The position numbers and the translations under genes were made by a program. Under the pieces are notes generated by a model that saw nothing but the letters and a program-made list of their open reading frames with translations, ran no database searches and had not been told where the DNA came from. This document shows, in pieces, positions 41,456 to 54,400 of a DNA stretch of 64,000 nucleotides. Positions within the stretch are counted from its first letter, which is position 1; every line of letters begins with the position of its first letter. Source of the stretch: a virus; IMG/VR virus record IMGVR_UViG_3300045988_145683, positions 1-64,000 of that record. One strand, given 5' to 3'.

Positions 41456-41884
41456 ATGTCTGCTTTTATTGCCTAGCATTTTATAGAAATATTTTTTGGT
41501 CTTATTTCTGCTGGCCTCTTAGCCTTTTGTAGATATATTTATACTCAAATGAAAATGTATCAAAAATTGGCAGAAGAAAAGAAAGATGAACAATTAGAAG
41601 AATTAATTGAAGAACATATAGCTCCAATTAAAGAAGATTTAAATAATTTAAGATCTTTCGTATTGGAAGAAAAGAAAAGTAGTGAGAGTTATATTGAAAT
41701 AATTCTTGCTTCTTATAGATTTAGATTAATTCAGTTATGTCAAAGTTTCTTAAAACAAGGATATATGACTTCAGGGCAGTATGAATAGTTAGTCGAATTT
41801 TTTAAAGTATATGCAGGTTTAGGTGGAAATGGATAGGCTAAAGAGTATTATGAAAGGACTTTAAAATTACCGCTTAAAGACTAA
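41456..41884 (+). CDS. membrane protein, hypothetical (3 in-frame TAG codons)
   Basis: GGAAGGAGGT RBS then ATG 41456. In frame with track ORF 41549..41788. N-terminal TM helix. TAA at 41882. Confidence 0.4.
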
Positions 41885-41937
41885 TAAAAAAAAATAAGGG
41901 AATGAAACAAAAATAGTTTCATTCCCTTATTTTTTTT
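41885..41937. terminator. bidirectional rho-independent terminator between convergent modules
   Basis: Stem AAGGGAATGAAAC...GTTTCATTCCCTT flanked by A11 upstream and T9 downstream. Confidence 0.65.
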
Positions 41938-41939
41938 AT

Positions 41940-42239
41940 CTATTTAAATAAAAGATTAGTATTATTTATAATTTCTTCACCATAAGTTCCCACCAAATCC
42001 GCAATCAATTCTTCTTCTTCTGGTTTTAATGAAATATCATAGCTAAAAATAGCAGCATGAGTTAATTCATGCGCTAATACTTTTTTTAATTTTTTATTAC
42101 TAATATTTTCATTAATGTAAATTGTTGAAGTAGGATCATCACAAGAACCTAAAGTATATATTCCAGAAGGGCGCATTAACATAGGATGATTGGAAGATAC
42201 TAATAGTATCCTCCAATTCCTATCATTAATATTAACCAT
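41940..42239 (-). CDS. HExxH metallopeptidase-like small protein (DUF955/ImmA-like)
   Basis: Track ORF. LAHELTHAAIF. Confidence 0.4.
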   Translation of the reverse strand: MVNINDRNWRILLVSSNHPMLMRPSGIYTLGSCDDPTSTIYINENISNKKLKKVLAHELTHAAIFSYDISLKPEEEELIADLVGTYGEEIINNTNLLFK

Positions 42240-42777
42240 TCATAGATCCAATTTTAGATGCTAAAGCCTAGATTTTCTTCTCCATATAAGAACGTTCATC
42301 ATTAGAGGCATCTTCAATCATTTCTACTATATCAGAGCTTAATTCTTGAAGATACTTGTCTAACTCTTTTATCTAAACGCTTTTATCTTTATGAAGTTCT
42401 TTAGCTTCTATATACATCTTTCTGTGAACGCCACTACGACCTTCTCTACTGTCATGAGTTTCACGAGATTTTCCACTCATTGGCATCTCATATTCATGTT
42501 CATCATAATCGTAATCTTCCCAATCATAATCATATGTCATGGGTTTATAGATTCTTTTTTTATGAGGAGATTTATATTTTTCAGTATAATAATGTGTGGT
42601 TTCAGGTAATTCATTCATAGCTTCAGTAATAGTACAATAATAAATGGCCTCTTCAAGGTCTTTTATCATATCTATTACTTCGCCCATTTCCTTTGTATCA
42701 ACACATTCTAAATGAGCCATTTGGCTTTCTACTTGAGTTAATAATTGCTTTTTAATTTCTTGGAATTTATCACACAT
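42232..42777 (-). CDS. hypothetical acidic protein (2 in-frame TAG codons)
   Basis: TAAGGAGGT RBS then ATG 42777. Track ORF 42373..42777 ends in TAG. Read-through reaches TAA at 42232. Confidence 0.4.
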
Positions 42778-42790
42778 TTAAAAAACCTCC

Positions 42791-43213
42791 TTATGCCACT
42801 CTCTCGATAATTAAGCTGGCATTTTCAACATCAATAGCCTATGAACTCGTGTTTTCAATACTAATTTGAGTGCAACAACCGCCTAACACATCAAGGAATA
42901 AAGCACGTGAAACATTATTAAACTATCCAGTAGCCGTAGGAGTAGAAATCATTGTAGAAGTAGTAACTGGCTCTCCATTAATAGCTATAGCCAAAGAAAT
43001 AGCGCCCGCAGTTCCAGTGGTTGGAAGTCCTATATTACCTCCAAATGAAATGCGGAAACGAGCTCTGCGTTGACCGTTCGTAAGACCGCGGAGAGTGACT
43101 AAACCGCTACCCTCGCGATACATTATGGAACAGTTTCCAGCAACAGCTGTGTTAGTGAATACTACATTAGAACCAGTAGCAACTGATTGTAAAGCATTAG
43201 CCGTTATTTCCAT
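42791..43213 (-). CDS. hypothetical Gly/Thr-rich beta-rich protein, GC-richer (2 in-frame TAG codons)
   Basis: Track ORF 42923..43213 ends in TAG. Read-through reaches TAA 42791. Confidence 0.4.
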
Positions 43214-43234
43214 AATTTAACCTTCTTTCTTCAA

Positions 43235-44011
43235 TCAGGAATTGCAACCGCATCCTGAACCGTATCCGCATCCATAGCTAGTATAACTAACACCGGTATA
43301 AGGATTAGCAACAATATAAGCAGGAGTTGCTTTTGGAGACAACTGATCAATAAGATAAGCATTTTGAAGATTTTGAGAAATCTAATTTTTAAGAGTGCTA
43401 TTTTCACTGGTAAGAGTCTCAATTTTATCTTGAACAAGGAAGTCAAGAATAGAACGCATATTAGCATTATTATTGTCAATAATATCGCGGACACCATCAA
43501 CGGTAGTCTGACGATTCTGGCAAGCAATACTAGCGAGATTGTAATTAAGATCAGCAAAGCTAGACTGAATTAACTGTTTATTCTCGCAGCAGCATTGAGC
43601 ATTAGTAGCTGCCATATTACTTAATTGCTGAGTTAAATTATTAGTATTCTGCATACCTGCTACAGTATCAGCATTAATGGCCTGAGTAATACTAAAGGTA
43701 TTTTGCATATTATTCATACCCATATTGCAAATATCGCTCTGTAAAGCACGAGTATTAGCATTATTAGTTTCAGCAAGATTAGCAAAACCACTTAAAAGAT
43801 TAGTGTTTACTCCGCTGAAACCATTACAAAGACTAGAATTTAAACTATTGACTCCAGATTTAAGATCACTAATGTCGAAACCATAATTTAATTCTTCTCG
43901 GGTTGTAGCGCCTTGGAAACCAGAACCATTATTACCCCAGCCATTACCGCCCCAACCATTGAAGCAGAATAAGAACAGAATAATAATCCACCATGCTCCG
44001 TCTCCCCACAT
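43235..44011 (-). CDS. membrane protein with N/Q-rich repeats and Cys/Gly-rich C-terminus (1 in-frame TAG)
   Basis: Track ORF 43382..44011 ends in TAG. Read-through reaches TGA 43235. N-terminal TM helix. C-terminus ...YGCGYGSGCGCNS. Overlapping poly-Leu ORF 43231..43557 is discarded. Confidence 0.4.
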
Positions 44012-44179
44012 TCCGCCATCATTATTATTTTGTCTTTATTCCGCCAAGTTTAATTATTAATTTAAATCAAATTAAAATAATGAATAAAGATAATTTAACT
44101 TTTAAAAATGGTGAAGTTTTATACTTTCCTAAAAAAGGCTATGAAGAAATTAATCGACGATGGAAAAATCCATTTAGAT

Positions 44180-44229
44180 AAAAAAAAAATAAGGGAGACA
44201 TTCAGTTAAGAATGTCTCCCTTATTTTTA
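44180..44229. terminator. bidirectional rho-independent terminator
   Basis: Stem AAGGGAGACATTC...GAATGTCTCCCTT flanked by A10 and T-rich runs. Confidence 0.55.
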
Positions 44230-44637
44230 TTGTTTTAAATCATCACTTGGAGTACGATAATTATTTACTGTAGATTCAATTTTCTCTTGTAAATATTTAT
44301 TCAAATCACCAAAAGCGTTATTTAAATACTCTTTAGCATCATCACTCAAAATAAGCAATACTGCTTGATAAGTTTTCTAAAATGCTTCTTTCTAAGCTGC
44401 TTCATCAAACTTACCTTGTTCTTTAAGAGAATTTACATAAGTTTGATTAGTGGCAATAACACAATTAGTAATTGTGTCAGTAGCCATTTGCACATATTTA
44501 TTTAAAATATCGCTATCGGTTTTCTTTTGTAATTCCGCACTTTTTGCTTTAATCCAAATAACTATAAAAGTAGTTAAAGCACCAAGCATAGGAATTAAAC
44601 ACACTTGAAACAATTGATTAATCAAATTTTGATCCAT
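44227..44637 (-). CDS. small membrane protein (holin-like or fibre-assembly factor?), 2 in-frame TAG codons
   Basis: AAAGGAG RBS then ATG 44637. One TM helix. Track ORF ends in TAG 44392. Read-through reaches TAA 44227. Confidence 0.4.
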
Positions 44638-44673
44638 AATATTATCTCCTTTTTATCATAATAAATATTTATA

Positions 44674-45804
44674 TTAAGACCAAGCAACAGGGACATGAGT
44701 CCAAGCGCTAGTCGTTGATTTTCTATATTTTAAATGGCCCGTAGAAGAAGTCGTATCTATCCATAATAATGGCGTAGTTCCAGAAGCAGGTGAAGTTGTA
44801 CCAATATAAATAGCATAATCGGTAGTAGTGCCAATTACTGGAGTTTTATCTATTGTCGCCCAAGCGCCATCAGCACGTAAGTATTTTGTTGTACTACCGT
44901 CTGACTTTGGAACAACACCAGCTTTACTAGTTGAGAATTGAGCTGGGGTGGCATTATCCACATATTTCTTTGTAGCTAACTCCATATCCGCAGTGGGAAC
45001 ATAACTACTATCCATACTAATTCTGCCATCCGCGGTCATTATATTAGATTTATTTTTATATACTGCTTGTGTTACATCATCAGGAACAGTTGCTAATTTA
45101 TCATCAATTTGTTTAATAGCACTACTTACTTTATTATTAATAGTTATTTCAGCATTATCTACTGCTTCCTAAATCTAAGCAATTTTTTCGTCTACATTAA
45201 TCGCGGCAGCTCCTTCAATACCCATAACCGCAAGATAATCATTAGCTTCGCTGGTCCAACCATTTAAAGTAATAACTTTTCCTTTAACAGTATAATGATC
45301 TGTTTCTTTTAACATAATACCATTATAATATAAAGTTAAAGCACTGCTATCATCAAAATCAAAAGGAATGGTAAATGTATTCTAATTTGCTTCTGCTGTA
45401 AACACATATTTATTTACAGGTTTGCTCACTATATTTGCAGGACAAGTCACATTATGCTCAATTCCATTAATATTTATTGTACCAATTTTGCTTCCAGTGT
45501 CATCAATATTTTCATAAGATACTTCTGACAATTCCGCTAAATTACGTCCATTTTCATCATAAGTAGCATAATCTGCATGATCAGTATATAAATTTAATCT
45601 TTTATCTTTAGTATCAATATAAAATTTATGAGTGTCTTCTGTAAAATAAGCATACCCTTCTGTAATAGGAGTACTGTCTACTGTTGTAAATAAAGTTTTT
45701 CCTGAATCTAAGGCAGGAAAAGGAATTTTACCATTAACTACTTCAGCATTATCATAGGAAACTAAATTATTTGAGTCTCCTTTTAAAATTTTAAATAGAG
45801 CCAT
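44674..45804 (-). CDS. tail fibre protein (C-terminal phage tail-fibre-repeat-like ATKKYVD motif)
   Basis: Track ORFs 45382..45804 and 44674..45039 are in the same frame, joined by TAG-punctuated sequence. N-terminal FKILKGDS... domain is shared with two other fibre-like genes. TAA stop 44674. Confidence 0.55.
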
Positions 45805-45836
45805 CGATCTTCAATAACTCCTTTCTATAAATTAAT

Positions 45837-45866
45837 GGTATAGAATTAATTAATAATTCTATACCA
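45837..45866 (-). terminator. possible rho-independent terminator
   Basis: Hairpin GGTATAGAATTA...AATTCTATACC. Weak T-run. Confidence 0.35.
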
Positions 45867-45876
45867 TTTAGTTTAT

Positions 45877-46497
45877 TTATTCAAGAACAATCCAATAAAC
45901 ATCCAACCCATTACCGCCAACAAATCCTTCCAAACGAGCTAAACGCTCCCAAATTTGTTGGACTACTTGACTATCATCAATTACATAATAATCTTCTTCT
46001 TTTACAATAGAATCTAAATTAAGTTTAGAATAAACCTAAAGACTTGCTGGCAATGTGTTTAAATTATATAATAAATTATTAGAATCTTTTTCTATTTTGT
46101 AAAAAGTTATCATATAATTTATATTGCCAGATTTTTTAGTAGCACTATAATTTAAAACCCAAGGAAAAATAATTTTATCTTTATGAGTTAAAGTATCATA
46201 ATATGGAACTGGATAAATGCGTTTTTCATTATCAGCATTAACATACTAAATAATACACATCATATTAGTTAAATCCATAGTGTCAAAATATCTATCTATT
46301 TCAAAATAAATAATTTCAGCAGCATGGTCACCTTCAACTGTAATATAATTATTTTCATTACTAATAGTCCTTGAATTTAAATTTACCTAAACTAATTTTT
46401 CATCTTCTGGAACAGGAAGAGCTGGATATTTAACTGGAAAATTTTCATCTTGTATTTGATGTAAAACACTATAATAATCAGTTGGATTAGTTATCAT
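45877..46497 (-). CDS. virion structural protein paralogous to the N-terminal domain of the 46503..48182 gene (3 in-frame TAG codons)
   Basis: AAGGGG RBS then ATG 46497. Shares ...EGDHAAEIIYFEIDRYFD... with the ...ENDHLAETIYFQIDRYFD... of the upstream gene. TAA at 45877. Not in the >=60-aa track because TAG fragments it. Confidence 0.45.
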
Positions 46498-46502
46498 TTA
46501 TC

Positions 46503-48182
46503 TTACCCCTTAATCTTAAAAGTTCCTGGTTTTGATTTTCTTTCACCTTTCTAGATAATTACAGCTACTTGAGTAATATTTTCATCTACTTCTGTTGAAT
46601 TTTCAGAAGTTGTTTTTTGAGTAAGACCATTCGCATTTTTCCATTGATATTCATAAATACCATTGCCTAACTCACTAGTATTTTCGAGTTTAACAATATA
46701 TTTTCCATTTTCAATTGAAACTTCTTTAATAACAGGAACTAAATTAGTTGGGTCAAAATAATTAGTAAAACTAATTGTAGGATAATCTATATTATCTTTA
46801 TTTTTATAACCATGAACTGATAAAGTATAATTATCCTCTTCAGTTAAAGTTACAGTTTTTTCAGTGCTAAAATCAGAGCCATTCTTTTTCCAAAGATAAG
46901 TACACTGAACGCCTTCATCATTCTATCCAACAGCAGTAATAGTATTAGAAGAACCATAATAACATCCATTATCAGGGGAAGGATCAAGAACAATTCTAAA
47001 ATCTTCACTAATTCCTTCAACAGAAATAGCTAATCCAGCCCATTTAACTTCTTTACTTACTTGATTGGCAGTTGTACCAAATGCGGTAACGCTATAACTT
47101 CCACATCCATCAACTTCGCAGTATTGAACTTTTAGGTAGAGATCGTTTTTCTTAGCAGTATAGTTCTCAAGATTAATATCACTGCTACTATTAATATAAG
47201 AGTCTCCATTTTTAGTGAAATAAGTTAATTTCTCATTATAAACCATATCTCCACTAAAAATACTATTATCTTCAATAATTTTCTTATATTCATAGCCAAT
47301 GCCGCTTTTTAATTCAGTATTAGTTCCTCTATAATTACAAATCCATTTATACTCAATAGTAGTATTATCTGGATTATTTAAAGTATCATTATAAGCTAAA
47401 GCATATAACTTATCACCAGTTAAATAAACTGATTTATTATTTAAAATACTTGTTAAGAAAGCAACATTATCAGGAACACCAAAACCAGCAGATTTCTTTG
47501 AGTCAATTAGGCTTTCTAAATAACCAGTTAAATAATCAACAGGCTAAGCGGTAATTAAATCTTCGTCAATATCTAAAGTTTTATTAATAACCATTTGCGC
47601 TGGTAATGTATTAAATACATACATTAAATTATTATTATCTTTTGGATTCTTTTTAAAGAAAATAATAGAAAACTATAAAGTACCAGATTCACTAGTCACT
47701 TCATCACTAATTTGCCATCCAAAAATCAATTTTCCAGCAGTTCCGATATCAGGACAAATAGCTTCAGAATAACCTTGAACTTGATCGTTTAAATAATACT
47801 AAATATAAATTTTAATATCATCAGCTGCTAAATCTTGTAAATCAAAATATCTATCAATTTGAAAATAAATTGTTTCTGCCAAATGATCGTTTTCAACAGT
47901 AAGTAATTGTGTTTTTCCAAATTCTTTAGTTAATTCAATTTGACGAGTATCAGCATTTATATTTATAATAGGTTCATCTAAAGGTATACGAAGAACAGAT
48001 GGATCTAATTTCTTCATTTGAACGATACCAGTGATATTACTATAATAGTCTTCAATAGATTTTATTTCAACGATTTTTCCATTAACGTTTTTTATTGAAT
48101 TATCTTTAGCTAAAGTATTGATTTTCTTTTGAAGTTCTTCCCATTTAGCTTGTTCGATAACGCTATCATTTTTAACTATCAA
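46503..48182 (-). CDS. virion structural protein (baseplate / receptor-binding-like), TAG-containing
   Basis: GAAAGGAAGAG RBS then TTG 48182. Track ORFs 47799..48182 and 46923..47246 are in the same frame and both end in TAG. Read-through reaches TAA 46503. Confidence 0.5.
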
Positions 48183-48198
48183 ATCTATCTCTTCCTTT

Positions 48199-48250
48199 CT
48201 AAAAAATTAGGTTAAATAGTTTCTTTTCCTATTTAACCTAATTTTTTTTA
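48199..48250 (-). terminator. rho-independent terminator
   Basis: Stem AGGTTAAATAG...CTATTTAACCT with T-runs on both sides. Confidence 0.5.
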
Positions 48251-48277
48251 TATTTAAATCAATGTATTCTGGCCTAT

Positions 48278-48478
48278 TTAAACCTCATACCATTCTTCTA
48301 ATTCATCCTCGGGAACTAAGGGAGAGATGGAAAAGAATTCTTTTCCATCTCTCGTTAATTTTTTATTATAATCCGCAATTAATCTATATAATTTAGTCGC
48401 AGGCACTCCTGCTAACTATATAGAAGATTCAATAATGCCATTAGAACCCATATATCTATAAACAATTTCTTTTTCCAT
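48278..48478 (-). CDS. small hypothetical protein (1 in-frame TAG)
   Basis: ATG 48478 lies 8 nt downstream of the giant gene's TGA. TAG at 48416. TAA at 48278. Confidence 0.35.
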
Positions 48479-48487
48479 ATTTTATCC

Positions 48488-51400
48488 TCACTTTACAATA
48501 GGTTCTTCTTCAAAGTTTGCTCTATTAGATATCATTGCTTCATAAATTCTATGTAAAGTATTCTTAACACTTTCACCATAACTAGCAACATAATAATATC
48601 TAAAACGACCTGTATATCCATTAGCGACAGTAGGCATACCTGTTTGACGAGGGGTAAAAATATTACCAGAACTATCTACCGTAATCTATTTAATTGGATG
48701 TTTATTAGTGCCAATCTATACTTGAATAGCACCAGTATAACCCTTAAACTAATTACCAGACATATTTAAAATTGTCTAACCAGAGAACGCATTTACATCA
48801 AAGTTAAGAATACCATCTTTACATCCCTCTATAATTAAATTATAAGGAGAATAAGACCCCATCTTACTTTGATAGAATGCTTGAGCTCCAAAAGTCAAAC
48901 CTTCCGTAGAAGAAGAATAAGGAATTATATTATTACGACTTAAAGGACATTGATAAAATGCCTTAATGCCAATTTTCTTTAGACAATCACTAAATTGGAA
49001 ATATTCTAATCCACTATCTAAAATAAAGGCATAATCATCTATTACAGAAATTTTATTACTATCTTTTGGAGCAAAGAATATAGCAGTAATATTAGGATTT
49101 ACTTGAATACCAATTGCTGCTGATGGGTTAACTTGGCTATATTTAATTCTCGTAATTGGCTAACCATTATAAGTTGTAGGTAAAGTAATTTTGCCTTTTA
49201 AATTCTTAGCTAAGTCAGTCATTGCAAATGATAATTCTCCATCAGAATTTATAATATCATAATATTTATGAGTAGCATCATTAGTTAAAATATTATCATA
49301 AACACTAATTGGTTCTCCAACGGCATAAAACTCACGATCGGCATAAGCTAATTGTTTAGTTAAATCAATTTTAACTCCATCTTTATCCGCCCATCCAGTC
49401 TGTCTCCAAGTCCACTCTAATGGGTCTTCACCTTTTGGTAAATCAGTTACTTCTGCATTATTAAAATAATAAAATTCTTCTGGAACAGTAATTCTTTCAC
49501 CATAATTAAATACTTTTTTTACAGTTGAATCATTAATAACACGGTCACCATTGACAAAAGTGATTGTATAAGATTTGCGTTCAAATCTTGCTTTAAAAAC
49601 ATAATCTATTTTATTAGGTTGTAAAGACAAAGAATTCCAATTATTTTTTAAGACGACATCTTCTTCGTTTACATTTTTCCCAACAGTAATTACCAATTCT
49701 CCCGTATCGTCTTCCCAGCCTTTAAAATCATAAGTTGGCATTTTTTCTTGTAAACTACCAAAAGAAATATAAGTTTCACTAGAAAGAATAGTTGGATCAT
49801 CAAAAAACTTATCACTAGATGAAGACAATTTCTAAGTTTTTAAAACTTCCTAAACTATTACTCCATCGACGTCTTCTTTTTCTAAAATAAATTTAGCAGA
49901 ACATTCTTGTTTAACATTTTCTACAAAAATTATTAAATTAGGATATTTATTCTATAACTCATTTTGAATAACTGATTCATCAATTTGATTATTATTTTTT
50001 ATATATATAACACCAGATATTTCTGGTTTATTGGTATTAAGACCTCTATAATTATTATAAACATCAATTAACAAATTATAATCAGTTATTATATTATGTT
50101 CTTCATTATCTCCATTTATTGTATCTAAATAATAAATCTAATTATTTTTAATATCAGATTTTGTTATTTTACTAACCTAATCTTTTGAAATACTTGTTAA
50201 CTAAAAATGTCCGTTATCTCTATAATAAGATTTTTTTTCTGGATCAAGAGCTGTTTTAGTATCAGTTAAAAGTCTATAGGGGCTCCATTGAATATTGCTT
50301 AAATTAATAATACAATTAGATAAATCTAATTTACTATTTTCACTAGCTGAAACATATTTACGCAATAATTTATAACTATTATATCCTAAATTGCCACCTC
50401 GAATATCAAAAGTTTTTATCTCGGTTTTTTCTTGACCTTCAATAGCATCAGTAAGACCCTAAATATATAAACCACGATTTTCATCTAAAATTTCAAGTTT
50501 TCCAGTAGTTGAATTTTTTTCAGGATATACATAATTAGTTATTAATTTCGTTAATAAATTAGCTTCTATTAAACTTAAATAATTTGTTCGATTGGTTAAA
50601 TATAAAGTATTTAAAGCTACTCCAGGAGCAAAATTAACTCTTGGAATATTAGATTTAGTATTTCTAAAGTTTTCAAGCTTTTCGCTCTTAGTTAAATCTA
50701 ATGCTCCTTGGTCTTTTTTAAAGTTAATATTGCAAAGATTCATTTCTTTAAGTAAAGGCATTCCGCCTTTTGAGAAAGACCAATCGTTTACATCATTATT
50801 AAAATATTCATTACCACTTTCATCTTTCCCGTCATACCCTAATAACAAATCAGTTAAACGCTCCATTTTTCCTTCAGCAGCAAATTCTTGGAAATATAAT
50901 TTACTTAAATCACCGAGAGATTTCATTTGATCCATTCCATAAATATAATATAATTGTTCTTTATAATTACCGCTACTTATAATTCCTTTTTTAATATCAG
51001 GAGCTACATATTTAACTGGTTCTAAACCATTATATTTCTTTGAAGGAAAATTCTCTCCATCTGTACCAATAGTAACATAGGCATTGCGCGCGGGCTCCAT
51101 ACTAATCCAATATTCGCCATCAAACATATGATTTTTTTCTTCAAATTCAGCATTATTTTTCCAATATTGAGAATTTGTAATTAATCCATCCATATTCTAA
51201 GTATTAGTGCCTTCAATCCATTTATCAGATGTATTTTTAGGATTATTTGCAGAAATACGGCTTCTAATATAACTTCCTCCACCATTTCTGGCATAAGTAC
51301 CAACAGTTAACCAAGAGTCAATATAATTAAGACGATTGGCTAAAAATTGCGCACGATAAAGATTTCTATCTCCTTGTAAAGCATAAAAATATTTATCATC

Positions 51401-54400
51401 TTCAACCTCATATGACCCTCCGTCAGTTAAGCGACCAAACACTGGCATATTTTCAGCTTTAGAATTTGTTGGAATAATATACTTAAATTCTTCATCTAAA
51501 CTTAAAGCAATAATTGGTCGATCTCCCAAAGCAGCGTAGCTATCAAGAAATACTGATGGATCAGTACGATACCATTTATCTACAATATCACTTTTTTTAG
51601 CCCCGCTTCCGGCTCCTTTAGTAAAAATTTTATTTACTCTTGAATCATTTGGGCTATAAGAATTATTTTGAGTTCCCATTAATTGCTTATACTTATCCAC
51701 CATCTTACTTCTAAAGAAAGTGTAAAAATTATTCCAAAGAACACTATCGTTAGTTGAAAAACTTCCTTCTTCAGTAGCATCAATATAGTATTCAAAAGAT
51801 GGAATACCAGTATTATTAATACCTAATTGAGTATCAATATCATAAAAGATAGGATACCAAACATAATGTTGTTTGCCAGTAGATTTTTGAACATTGCCTT
51901 TTTGAGGCCCCCAAGAAGCAAACATTGCATTTTTTCCACGAGAATCATAACATTCAAAAATTTCTGTCATTAAAAGGTAAGAAGCTAAATATTCAATATC
52001 AAAGAAATTACTTAATTCATTTTTAAATTTAGCTTGACGGTATTCTTTACTATCTTTAGTATAAGTAATAGAGCCATAGGTTACTGGGTTAGGTAATTTC
52101 CATCTTTCCTCAATACCTTCTTCATTTTTATTAAAAGAATAATAATCTAAAGAAGAATTAAATTTATCAGAACTTAATACATAAATTTCATTTTTACTAT
52201 CAGTTAAAAGATAATAAATATTTGCTTTATATACTTTATCTGAATTATTTGTAAGTTTTATGCTTACATACTTTAAACTATTATTTTCATTAATCTACTT
52301 ATAATATCTTGTTTCAGAGTTATATTCTTCAGAAGCTAATTTATAAATAATTTTTCCATTTTCATTAACTCCATCTTCAACATAATAGACATTAGGAGCA
52401 TATATGGCTTCAGCTAATCCATCAACTTTAGTATAAACGCCCATAGATGGAATTTTTAATGTCTATCCATCATCAAATTCAATATCGCAATCTAAACAAG
52501 TACTCCATACCCAACTAACTGCGTCTTCCCAGTTAGACATTAAAGCTAAGAGCAATTCTTGTTTACTTGTATCATTAGCAACATTAAATTCTATTTCTTC
52601 TCCATCTGGATTCTTTATAATCCATTTAATAGATTTTACACCAGTAATTTCATCAACTATTTCTTTTTTAGTAAGTCTATCTGGGGCTACATTTTTTAAT
52701 TCTTCCTCAACAATCTTAGTCTATGTCCCATCTGGATCAAGCCATTCTTTTAAACTAAATAAATTATCAGCAATTAAATCATCATTTGGATTATATCTAG
52801 GCTCAAAAGAATCAATAACTTTTGGCGCACCTTTAATTAATTCAGGATTATCTCCGTCTGGAGGTATTACCATATTAGGATTTCTAAATGATAATTTATA
52901 ACGATTCCAAGGATCACGGAAAGAACAGAAAGTTCTTGAATTGTTCTAAAATTCCCAACATTCTGCTATATCTCTTACTTTAGGATTGCCCGTAATTTGA
53001 TTTTGTAAAATCTCTTTATTTGGTTTAAATCCAAAACATTCATCTGATCCTTTATCTAATAACATATTATATTTGCCAATAAAAATACAGTTATTACTAT
53101 TTTCCTTAGAGTAAGTATTATCATCGTTGGACATATAGTGGAAAGCTAAGACGGGGAATCCTTTTACCGAAGTGCGATAATCTTCTAAATTTCCATATAA
53201 ATTATAATTATCAAAAGAATCTTTATAGTCTTCTACTGGATGTTTAGAATAAATCTCGTTAACTAAATTAGCAAATCCTCTATTATAATCTCCAGAAGAT
53301 TCCATAAAATCTATCTTTAAAGTAAATTTAGTAGTACCAACTGTCTTATTATCCATATAAAACCATTCTAAATAGCAAGGATGTTTAGTTATATCTTCAT
53401 TATACTAATCTCCTGCTTTTTTATATTCTTCAGCAAATGGACCTCTATTTAAAAGCATTGATTCTTTGCATTTAGCTTTATAGTTACGACGAGGATAAAA
53501 TTGTGAAGAAGTGCCTTGAACTTGGAAAGTACACCCATTAAGAACAGTTATAAAACTAGGGCAATGATGTATATAATAATTCTATACAGCAGTATATTTT
53601 ATTATTTCTAACCCCGTCTCTTTATTTTTTTCAATTACAGGTTTCCATCCTTCTTTTATAGCAACTTTTTCTAATTCGCCACTATTATAAGCAGCATCTA
53701 AAGCCGTATTAACAAATTCTAAAGTTCCTTCCTAACTTCCTTTTGCTTTAGAATAAGGTAGTCTATTATCTGTGTTGTTTTTATTATTTTTAGTAGTTCT
53801 TAAAATAATATAAGGCATTAAAGGATCAGTAGGGTGATTATCATTATACTTTTTCATTTTAGTATAAGAGAATACATCGTCTTTTAATACCATATTGTTC
53901 TCATAAAGGTCTTTTTGATCCCATTGTTTTATACTTCTTTTATCAAAAGCATAATTTTGGACTATTTCAGGAATGGTTAAATCTGTATCATAAACTCTAA
54001 TACTATAAATATCAATATCACAAGTATTAGACATAAATTTAATGAAATCAGAATCAATATTCCAAACATCACTACTACAACGTACAACACTAGTTAAAAC
54101 GCCATTCATAAAAATTTCTAATAATTTAGAATTTCCGCCTTCTATATCACTTTTCTTTTTAGTATAAACAAATGAAAGATTTAACATTTCATTTTCAATA
54201 AAATCAACTGAAACTGTCTCTTGAGCGCCATTAGCCGTAAATACAGCATCCTATGGACTAAAATAAATACCAGGAGAAACAGAGCTTCCTAATTTACCAT
54301 ATGCACAGACTAAATTCTTTAAATTAAAATCTTGTTCTATTTTATTATACTCTAAATCATCATAGCTATAATTAGTTGTCGGTAAATATTCTTTAGTTAA

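Noticed and set aside
43231-43557. Poly-Leu/Ile ORF on minus strand
   Set aside because: It is an out-of-frame translation overlapping the 43235..44011 gene. Low-complexity artefact.
43993-44181. Plus-strand ORF 43993..44181 (or ATG 44080) inside the minus-strand late block
   Set aside because: It ends at the bidirectional terminator and could be a tiny real gene. There is no RBS and it is very short, so evidence is insufficient.
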